From Tubiluchus corallicola (lineage: Eukaryota > Animalia > Priapulida), in the NCBI GenBank assembly GCA_030141605.1, contig JAQGDQ010000699.1:46264-110263 (forward strand): a stretch of 64,000 nt of DNA, in the 5' to 3' direction. A program made the translations under genes and the position numbers. Under the pieces are notes generated by a model. It worked only from the letters and a program-made list of their open reading frames with translations. It was not told the DNA's origin and did not search any database. Position 1 is the first letter of the stretch; every line of letters begins with the position of its first letter. Below are positions 53,701 to 64,000 of this stretch, one piece after another.

Positions 53701-56700
53701 GTCTATTATATATGTGATCTATAAGGGTTTGTGATAGTTATTCTAGTTAGCTCCATAATTAATGGATAGAAGCAGTTCGAAATGATAAACAGTCAGAAAT
53801 AAAAGTTTTATATTCGAATTCAAGTTAATGTCACCACAGATATAAGCTACTTTACCACTATTATATTATATAAAATACGTTGTATTTCTCGAAGAAGTTG
53901 GCCATTACAGCAATACGACAAGTGATTGCAATGTGGCAATTAAACAGTAAGCTGGTTTAACTAAAATGGACAGACGCTCTAAAGACAGTTTTAATAGCTT
54001 AGGATCAATACTAGCCTTTACGCTAGCCATGAATACTGATGAACTGACAACTGACGCCTGTCAAAGCAACATCTATGATCTACAAGGTGTGGTATGATTA
54101 CATAGGACTAATTTGTCACGGATTCCCGTGATTGAATTCTACTCTACAGCATTGCAAACTAGTTATTCCGGTTGTATAACCTTTGCAAATTTATCTAGAG
54201 TCATTCAGTTAGGTTAACCTTGAATTATTCATACGGGCTTCATTCCGAAGCTATAAATTCCTTCGTCACCCTTGTACAGGTGACCATTTGACGCTTGCTT
54301 TTCCTTCAAGCAGACGTCAAATGGTCCGCCTAATTCGTTAGGCTAATTTTTTTCCCCTTTCTTCAGTAGTTTTTTTTATGGTTATGTGCTGATGTGTATC
54401 TATAATTAAGTTTACTGCTGTTATAAGTAGTAACTATGTAATTGCGACAAATCTTGTGAATTGAATAAATTTTATTTGGGTGGCCACTCCTTTTAAACCA
54501 ATGGTTATGAAGTTTTTGTTAAGAGTCAAAATTTAGTCTAAATTATATGTTTCAGTAACAGCAAACCATTCTAATTATCAACTCGTAGACTTAAGCGTTA
54601 AGCACCTTTCTCTATAAAAAACATACTAGACTATATACACTTCCACGTAATTGTTTAATTAAGAACCAGGCCGACGTCTCTCCCACAAAACTTTTTGAAA
54701 ATTTGAGCTTTTTTCACATAATTAAACCGCAGAGTTTACCGAATTCAAATATGATTAGGTTACTGTAAGCCGGGTGAAATGTAGGTAAAAATAACACTAA
54801 CAATATTATATACAACAATTTTATCATGTATATTTTAGTTAGTCTGTTGCATATTATATACAAATCATCATAATTTATATTGTAAATCTTTACCACATAC
54901 AACACAGAAAAGTTGACTGTACTTTTTCTCGCTTCATATTTTGTACAATTACGGTATGCCATATTAATTATTTACTCTGAAAAATAGAAATTCAGTTCTT
55001 GCTCCTCGAGTTCCTTCCTTTGTGCATAATAAATATAATAATGGCTTATAAAATCAGTTTGTGGTTTATTATTCAAAGACTAATTATTGTGTAATTATCA
55101 TTGTCAAAAATGTCCATGAACAGCCATAGTCTTAAATATCACATATGCACAGAGAGATTGCTGGATTAGTGCAATTGTCAAACAAATAATGGATACCATG
55201 CTTTTATACAAAAACAGCAGTTTGGCTGTTAGGCAATCAATGAGTGCCATCAAAAGTATTGATTTTTATTTCAGGCCAGGATTTCTTTCTGCACAGATAA
55301 GGCATTTAAATAAAGACAACGTTAAGAGGACTTAGACAAATTTTCATGCAAATTTTTGAAACTAATAGACAGTCACAGAAACAAAGTTTAAACAAAGGCT
55401 GACACATGAATGCTTTTATAAGAATTCTTAAATATAATATTTCCATTCAAATCATTAACATGTTATACTAGAAAAGCATAAAAATGCTTCTTAAATCTTA
55501 ATCTAGATTAAACTGAAATCAATAATAATGCACACACAGTTAGCACATCATAAGGTGCCTTACTTACATTAACTCAACAGTTTGTTTTTATTTCATAATT
55601 CAATCTTTTTCCGGGAAGCTACGGAACTTCTTCCGGAAGTGCAGAAATCAACAAGTGGGATATTTTGCGCAATAGTGTCTGCAAAGCCAAATGACGAAAG
55701 CCACTATGTTCCAAAAAGAGCAACTAGACCAATCACAAAAGTACCCCTCTTAAAGTACAAGACCCAATTTTGCAAAACACAAAAGTTGTTGCCCCATTCC
55801 TTCAACTCCGAAATGAAAATTCAACACTAAGAACACAGCAGACCCAGGTATTCCATTTGGTGCATATTAAATGAGCATTTTCGTTGTAATAGTAATTAGG
55901 CTACCTGAAATTATGTATGTATAAAGCCATATATCAGGTAAGAACTTAGGTAATATACACACTGTGCAATCATTTTATACTTTTGTGCAATGACAAAACA
56001 TGCTTAATGTAACTAATGCTGAAAGTTAGCATGGTAAGACAAGCATTGCATTAATCATTCTGGACTGACGGGCAAAATAGGCTTCTCAAATGAGTTACAG
56101 TAACATCAAAATTCACTTCTCAAAGACAAAATCTTCACTGTGCAGTTAAACGTGCAGCTTTGACAAACCCAAATTTAATAACAAAAAGGTTAATAGCAGT
56201 TAGCTAAATAAATATGATGTAAATAAAAGCTCTTACATTTTCTATAATGTACAGTTCTAATAGCAAAAACAAAAACAACAACACTACTGCACATACACAA
56301 CTGACCTAACACCAACACTGGAAAATCACAAATTTAACACTAAATACAAACGGCACTATGAATTTATAAAATAATAACACAGTCAGTTAAAGATTTCTGT
56401 TTGAGGAATGCAAAACAAAATCAAATGTACAAAGGAGGCTTCTAGATGTGCAGCAAGAAGAGAGGAGGTGAAATTTTGAGAGAGCTGCTCAAATAAGTAC
56501 TTCTAAACTGGTAATTAAAAGATTATATAATTTTAAAACAAACAGTTTATGTTCAGTCTTGTTATGTATCAGCCATTATTGTTTTTCTAAAATCTTTTGG
56601 AACAAAATACATGCATAAAGTTATGGTTTGATAAACTGCTGCTTAAAACGATGGAAGAACATTTTTCTTAAATACACCCTTAAAGTAAACATCTGTGTTT

Positions 56701-57147
56701 AACATAGAGAACAAATCATATCTAAAATGATGTTTGCTCAAAACCAGGTAATATAACCCTAATATTAGGGGTATCTGCAGTTACCTGCAAGAGAATCATG
56801 AGAAAAACATACAGTGTGATATGCTGACTTATTCACTTGCAGAAACAGATGATATGCACACGGAATTGCAAGTCAACACACGGCTAACACATCACGTTGC
56901 AGTTACATTGAAACATTACTTAATGGAAGATGTAGCTACACAACCAAGATTTCAAAACACGATTACTACAATTCATACAAATGAAATGATAATCACCACT
57001 GTACAAATGCTACTCAAGTAAGTACTGTTGACAGTTTGTGTGAATTTGGACAAATTGCTCACAGCAATGCAAATGATTCACTAACTCGGGTTCATCTAAG
57101 TTTATAATTTACAATTGTCAAACCTAGGAAACAGTTGATGCTGAATA

Positions 57148-57238
57148 TCAAGCTTTTGTTGTTGATGTGTACTCCTCAATTTCAGAATCACTGTCATTTA
57201 GAGGATCTATTTCATGATCACTATCTTCTGTACTCACC
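57148..57238 (-). CDS. PAM: PAM terminal coding exon (not in ORF track)
   Basis: ttgtag|G; VSTEDSDHEIDPLNDSDSEIEEYTSTTKA* matches PAM LSTEGSDQE...SESEEEYS. Confidence 0.87.
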
Positions 57239-59099
57239 CTACAAATAAAATTGGTTTATTTTGGTATTTTATTTAGCTGTTTTTTACAATAATGTTCGTG
57301 ACATGTAATGCCATGACTGCCTTACACTGTATGTTTGCTTGCATAGCAAAATAGTCCATAAGTCAGCAATTAAGCTTTTCTAGTTATTCACATATCCTGA
57401 ATCTCCATTTCATGAGGATCATTTTGATATCAAGTCCATCACTCTGTGTTATTTCCAAGTTGAAATTGAGATGCAAAACATAAAATTGAGAAAACCGCTA
57501 TTAAAGTTAGCCATTGTTTTTCTGTAGCCTTTCTACAAAACACATAGCAACCAGACAAATGTTGGTTGTTACGGACTTTGCAAGAACATGTAGTAGTTAT
57601 GTTTAAATACAGTAAATGGCTGTTCTTGACGAAGATCTGGGCTTGGCAGCAGAAAAAGGAAGGAAAATGACTACTTCCACGAACTAGTATCGGAGTTTGA
57701 AAATACAAGTTTTTCACAATTGCAGTACTAATTTCTGGCCAGAAAACTGGGTACAGGGTTATAAAATTAGATTCTTAGTATTTTTCAAAAATTTTCTTGA
57801 TAAGTAGATTTTGGGATATAAAAGTCCAATACATTTAGCATTTGTTTTCATAAAAAACAAAAAATGATAATTGACCAAATTTTTGGTACATACTAATTTG
57901 AAGCATAATAACGTAGTTTTAACTATGACAACTTATGGACGGTTTTGGTTTGCAAGCACAAAAATCATATAAACTTTTCTATAAAAAATTTCGAAACTAA
58001 AAAACACGTGAGGATTTTGATCAAAAATCAATTGCCTGTTTTAACATGATTATTTCAGCTACTGATCCATTTTTTACTCTTGTTCAAAGTGTGTAGCTAA
58101 GAACTGGCAAAAGTTAGTATGATAAGCCTATCATAGAATAATTATTAGCATACAGACGAAGTGTTAAAAACATCCAAGTTTTTCTTCATTATTCAAACAG
58201 CAATGAAGACTATAGAATAGAAATAAATCTTGAAAACACACTTATATTATTAGTCCCCTTTCAATAACAATTTTTTACTGGTTTTACACACTGATGTCTT
58301 AGCTGATTATTATTAAAACTATTATTAAAATATCATTTTTTTAAAAGATTCTGTAAAACTATCTGTATCCGGGCTATCTTATTTCTTACTCTTTCTGATT
58401 AATATAATTAAATGCGCACAATAATTAATTTGCTATTATTAGATTAATTAATTACAGCAATACGAATGCGTCTGAACTGCCTTTACATACAGGGTGACTC
58501 AAAAGTAACTATACACTTTGATTTCTAATTTTCTCTTTAAATTTTTCTCCAATCTCAATAAGCTCATACATGACTCAAAAGAGGCCTTTAGCAATTCTTT
58601 TTATTTATTTTTTAATGGAACCTGGTTGCTATGGCAACGTCATAAAGTTAGAAATAAAATGCAAAATTAGCCTCGCATGTGGTTCGTCAATCAATCACTA
58701 ATTCAAGTTCAGAGTACCATATGGACCATGCTATGCATTGTTGCTAACAATGTAGTTTTTTTTAACAAGGTGCAGCCTTCATTGCCACTCATGGGTTGTG
58801 AGCAAGATACCAAGAGAGCAAGCTATGGATGCTCTCTTAAGCTCTTGAGGTCACTGAGGGAAGTAATGAAAACAGCAAAGCTAGTAGTGTAGTAGTTCTT
58901 TTGAGATTTTATTCTAACTGCACAACAATCTAGTTCATCTGTGTGAATTTTCAAACGTTTTGACTTTTGGTTGTTAAAAAATGTAGAAAATGTAAAATGT
59001 ATAGTGACATATGAGACACTTGGTATAATGGATATTATAAATACAAAAATCATAAGCAGTTTAACACATTACCGACTGTTTAACTTTCTTCCCACTTAA

Positions 59100-59766
59100 A
59101 TAATGAAAAAAAAACTTTGACACAAAACTGTCAATGATACTTACCCGTCAAAGCCGTGGTAAATAATGAAAGAAACTTTGACACAAAACTGTCAATGATA
59201 CTTACCCGTCAAAGCCGTGGTAAATAATGAAAAAAACTTTGACACAAAACTGTCAATGATACTTACCTGTCAAAGCCGTGGTAAATAATGAAAAAAACTT
59301 TGACACAAAACTGTCAATGATACTTACCTGTCAAAGCCGTGGTAAATAATGAAAAAAACTTTGACACAAAACTGTCAATGATACTTACCTGTCAAAGCCG
59401 TGGTAAATAATGAAAAAACTTTGACACAAAACTGTCAATGATACTTACCTGTCAAAGCCGTGGTAAATATGAAAAAACTTTGACACAAAACTGTCAATGA
59501 TACTTACCTGTCAAAGCCGTGGTAAATAATGAAAAAACTTTGACACAAAACTGCCAATGATACTTACCTGTCAAAGCCGTGTTAAATAATGAAAAAAACT
59601 TTGACACAAAACTGTCAATGATACTTATCTGTCAAAGCCGTGGTAAGTAATGAAACAAACTTTGACACAAAACTGTCAATGATGCTTACTTGTCAAAACC
59701 GTGTTAAATAATGAAAAAAACTTTGACACAAAACTGTCAATGATGCTTACCTGTCAAAGCCGTGGT
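59100..59766. repeat. 60-61-bp tandem array derived from a PAM exon/intron junction, 11 copies
   Basis: aataatgaaaaaaactttgacacaaaactgtcaatgatacttacctgtcaaagccgtggta; the last copy overlaps the exon end at 59751-59766. Confidence 0.95.
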
Positions 59767-59847
59767 GCCTATTAAGAAGGTTACCGAGATTCAATTTATC
59801 TGTGGGGGTGTAGCCATTCATCCAACCTTTTATATGATTCAGTTTTC
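59751..59847 (-). CDS. PAM: PAM cytosolic-domain exon (not in ORF track)
   Basis: ttttag|GA...GACAG|gtaagc; KLNHIKGWMNGYTPTDKLNLGNLLNRHHGFDR matches PAM LNLGNFF...KGFDR. Confidence 0.87.
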
Positions 59848-61542
59848 CTAAAATGTATAAAAACTAAAATTAAAATGAACAAATTTCTTCATTGTCATTC
59901 AACATCAATTAAACAAAAGCTAATTTATTTAATGTGAACAAAGAAAAACTGCAAAGATATTTGCAACGTAAGATATTGAAAAAGTAATTCATGGGAAACG
60001 ACACATTTGAATGAATTATAATTATCAGCCTGCTCTGTTACATTGACTGTTAGCTCATCTGGCAGAGTATGGCAAGTACTAATTCCAGATCTCGGGTTCA
60101 AATCTCGAATAATCCACAATTTCTTAGTGTTTTCTTTTAACTTTTATTGCAATGGGTAATAATTGTTGTGAAATAAATCACAATAGTTTATAAATATTCC
60201 GGCATTCACAGTCATAATCTAACTAATATTATCAGTAATATATTCATTAGTTGTGTATGTATTGAAATATTGTAAAATATTAAATTAATGGATGCAAAAA
60301 TTTCCAGGTGCATAAAATTATACTAGTATTTAGTTGCTAGCAGGTGCATGCAGCAGAATGTTGGCTTCATTTGATGGTAGGTATTAAGTTTATAAGACTG
60401 TAAGATTTTAGAAAATGCTAGTAATTTACCCGAGCACTACTCATGTCAGTGTTTAGCTAATGAAAGACACCATCTACTTTGCAAACATTTAGCTCTCACT
60501 TTGTTCCAGTTTACAGAATATGAAAACTGTGTATATATATATTACACGCTGCTAGTACTACTTGTAGCTGAAAGTGTTTGCCTCCGCAGGTTCAGTGGCT
60601 CACCTTACAGGGACATCTTTGACAATGACACAAGTTCCGGTCAAACGACAAACATTGTGTTGAACAGACCGTGCTATTAAATGCTACATTCTCACCTGCA
60701 TTGTAGTGACGAGCATGTAAAATTCAATATTTGACTGAAAAAGCAAAGCATGAATGATGCTGTATGTCCCATGACTCTTATGTTTGATACATTTGAGGAT
60801 CTTAATGTTTTACACAAGATGATTCGCTTCGGTCAAATTTGGTTCACAAATTAGACATTACTGAAAGGTAAGCAAACAGCACTAATTTTTTGGCAGTACC
60901 TCTTGGTCAAAAAAGGTCAAACAGTTTTCAAGTTCAAATTTCGTACGAGTTTCATACAACTGGCAGTTTTGGTCATTTTTCTGCAATTTTTTCCTTTATC
61001 CCATGGTCATTGAATGCCGTTGCCCAAAAGTTCTCTCCTATCATCTATTACCTGCCTTCATAACACTCATATAGTTGCAATTGTTCAACTTCCTCGGGTT
61101 CAAGGAGGGATAGAATAGCTGAGTTGCCAATAGAAGATGGTCGCGATCACCTATAACTATAATTCCTCGCTCTGAGCTGATGGATTCTCCCATTAAAACC
61201 ACCATCGTAGATCCTCCCTAAGGGAAGGGGTGAAATTCTTTTTCTCCATGTTGGATTGTCAGTAGTTGACAGGCCACTCTACTTTCTCAAACTGAACTGA
61301 CTCAGACCCTCCCACTATCACTGTGTAGTTGTTGAAGTCTCTACCTGTTTACCTCTGCTCAGGATATGCCTTCAGATTGACCTTTGACATTGTCCCAAGG
61401 TTAGCCAAACCAAAAACCTCTTGGCTGTCCCAAGTTCATGTATAACTGGCTTAAACCAAAATAATGAATGGATGACAGATGCTGTATGACGGCATAAGAT
61501 CCTCGGACGTGGAAAGTCAGGGGGCCTAGTCAGTTCATTGAC

Positions 61543-62993
61543 TTTCAACCCTCATCAACCAGTGGTACTGGAGGTATAAAATCATGCTGATATCTTTAAT
61601 GTTTTCAACAATTTCAACCCTTATCATCCAGTGGTACTGGAGGCATAAACTCATGCTGATATCTTTAATGTTTTCAAGAATTTCAACCCTCATCATCCAG
61701 TGGTACTGGAGGCATAAACTCATGCTGATATCTTTAATGTTTTCAACAATTTCAACCCTCATCAACCAGTGGTACTGGAGGTATAAAATCATGCTGATAT
61801 CTTTAATGTTTTCAACAATTTCAACCCTCATCATCCAGTGGTACTGGAGGTATAAAATCATGCTGATATCTTTAATGTTTTCAACAATTTCAACCCTCAT
61901 CATCCAATGGTACTGGAGGTATAAAATCATGCTGATATCTTTAATGTTTTCAACAATTTCAACCCTCATCATCCAATGGTACTGGAGGTATAAAATCATG
62001 CTGATATCTTTAATGTTTTCAACAATTTCAACCCTCATCATCCAATGGTACTGGAGGTATAAAATCATGCTGATATCTTTAATGTTTTCAACAATTTCAA
62101 CCCTCATCATCCAGTGGTACTGGAGGTATAAAATCATGCTGATATCTTTAATGTTTTCAACAATTTCAACCCTCATCATCCAGTGGTACTGGAGGCATAA
62201 ACTCATGTTGATATCTTTAATGTTTTCAACAATTTCAACCCTCATCATCCAGTGGTACTGGAGGTACAAAATCATGCTGATATCTTTAATGTTTTCAACA
62301 ATTTCAACCCTCATCATCCAATGGTACTGGAGGTATAAAATCATGCTGATATCTTTAATGTTTTCAACAATTTCAACCCTTATCATCCAGTGGTACTGGA
62401 GGCATAAACTCATGCTGATATCTTTAATGTTTTCAACAATTTCAACCCTCATCATCCAGTGGTACTGGAGGCATAAACTCATGCTGATATCTTTAATGTT
62501 TTCAACAATTTCAACCCTCATCAACCAGTGGTACTGGAGGTATAAAATCATGCTGATATCTTTAATGTTTTCAACAATTTCAACCCTCATCATCCAATGG
62601 TACTGGAGGTATAAAATCAAGCTGATATCTTTAATGTTTTCAACAATTTCAACCCTCATCATCCAATGGTACTGGAGGTATAAAATCATGCTGATATCTT
62701 TAATGTTTTCAACAATTTCAACCCTCATCATCCAGTGGTACTGGAGGTATAAAATCATGCTGATATCTTTAATGTTTTCAACAATTTCAACCCTCATCAT
62801 CCAGTGGTACTGGAGGCATAAACTCATGTTGATATCTTTAATGTTTTCAACAATTTCAACCCTCATCATCCAGTGGTACTGGAGGTACAAAATCATGCTG
62901 ATATCTTTAATGTTTTCAACAATTTCAACCCTCATCATCCAGTGGTACTGGAGGTATAAAATCATGCTGATATCTTTAATGTTTTCAACAATT
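61543..62993. repeat. Minisatellite, 66-bp unit, ~22 copies, in a PAM intron
   Basis: atgctgatatctttaatgttttcaacaatttcaaccctcatcatccagtggtactggaggtataaaatc-type unit. Confidence 0.95.
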
Positions 62994-63234
62994 TTGTACT
63001 GAAACAACGTTGAACATTAATAATTAAAAATGCCTGGATATACAGTTATGCTAATGTAACACCAGGAGTGTAACATCAGCTTCATATTTCAGAATCATTC
63101 AAGATTTGGTGAACTTTAGACAAAATAAGGCAGTTCAAGACATCCAGCTGCTGATTACTAATGATCTTGGTTAACTTAGGTTACCAAATACAAGAATAAG
63201 TTTTTTATACATAAAAAATGAAATAACTTCTAAC

Positions 63235-63388
63235 CTTGTCGTTTCAAGCGAACAACGATGGTGATAATAATCATCAATACAACTGGTACAGCAAGCAAAG
63301 CCATGATGATCATTGATGCACTCATGTCGCCATCTGACTTGGCAGCTTTTTCTTTATTTTCATCTTTATCTTTCTCCGCTGTTTCTGC
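63235..63388 (-). CDS. PAM: Peptidylglycine alpha-amidating monooxygenase, transmembrane exon; gene continues beyond window
   Basis: ttcacag|GCA...CAA G|gttaga; SASMIIMALLAVPVVLMIIITIVVRLKRQ resembles PAM TMD VLITTLLVIPVVVLLAIAIFIRWKK. Confidence 0.85.
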
Positions 63389-64000
63389 CTGTGAAAGTAA
63401 ATAATACAGTGGGTAAAAAGTCATAGTAATTTACAACCTGCAAGGCAACAAGCTTTAAACCAATAATGTAAAAGCATCTGAAATGAAAGCAACAATGAGA
63501 ACATCACTTGTCCAATATTCTACACTTCTCAATGTTAAATAATGCAAGATACAGTCTTGAAGTATCAGAGAGATACAAGAATTCTATTCCACAGTTCTTC
63601 TAAACAGCCATATAACAGGTATAACAGCTCAAACCATTTCTTAATTGGCTAACAATATTGTTAGTATGATGCTAGTGTCACTTAAGCATGCCATTGGTTA
63701 ATATGCACCATTTTTACTATATTGAATCAGATTAGCTACAGTACAAGTGTAAACAAGATGGTGTAGTTGAAATGTAAGTTGTATATGCAGTATTCAATGT
63801 GCTTCTTCAAACTTGATAAACACCCAGACATGGCCTATAAGTGCTTTTACCTTAGTTTAAACATAATTTATTTAGGATTGGATCAGACAGTTTGAACAAC
63901 ATGATTTAGGATCCTCACCACAACAGACTTTATACACTATTTACAAAAACATTTACAGTAAGAATAGAGTTAACAATATATGTTAAACCTGTTACATTTG

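Noticed and set aside
58488-58620. TA-CAGGGTGACTCAAAA Tc1/mariner-like end
   Set aside because: No matching second TIR located, so no element could be delimited.
59259-59570. ATACTTACCTG as U1 snRNA genes
   Set aside because: Only the 11-nt 5' match is present; it is the reverse complement of a splice donor and no U1 body follows.
61100-61540. GC-richer segment next to the 66-bp array
   Set aside because: Possibly a retroelement UTR, but no diagnostic motif or ORF recognised.

Overview
AT-rich, intron-rich animal genomic DNA, probably a marine invertebrate or lophotrochozoan (inferred, not proven). There are no prokaryotic features and no CRISPR array. Four spliced genes can be reconstructed by hand from GT-AG sites and matching phases. 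(1) The 3' half of a polycystin-1-family (PKD1L2-like) gene on +, about 851-16479 or 18009, encoding PLAT and transmembrane channel domains. (2) A C19orf81/DUF4732-like gene on -, about 30718-22664. (3) A complete 8-exon secreted pentraxin-domain gene on +, 39830-49876, 332 aa. (4) The last three coding exons of peptidylglycine alpha-amidating monooxygenase (PAM) on -, 63388-57148. Non-coding space holds about a dozen minisatellite arrays, nested hAT MITEs with intact TSDs, Kolobok-like and Harbinger-like MITEs, a head-to-tail Helitron array, and LINE and Gypsy relics. The most unusual feature is a tandem amplification of a PAM exon/intron junction into 11 units, giving a ladder of AG|GTAAGT sites. 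Also notable is a pentraxin lacking its Ca2+ ligands and carrying a KR-IVYR-GRK amidation-like cassette, convergent with PAM. Family assignments come from remembered motifs, not database searches.
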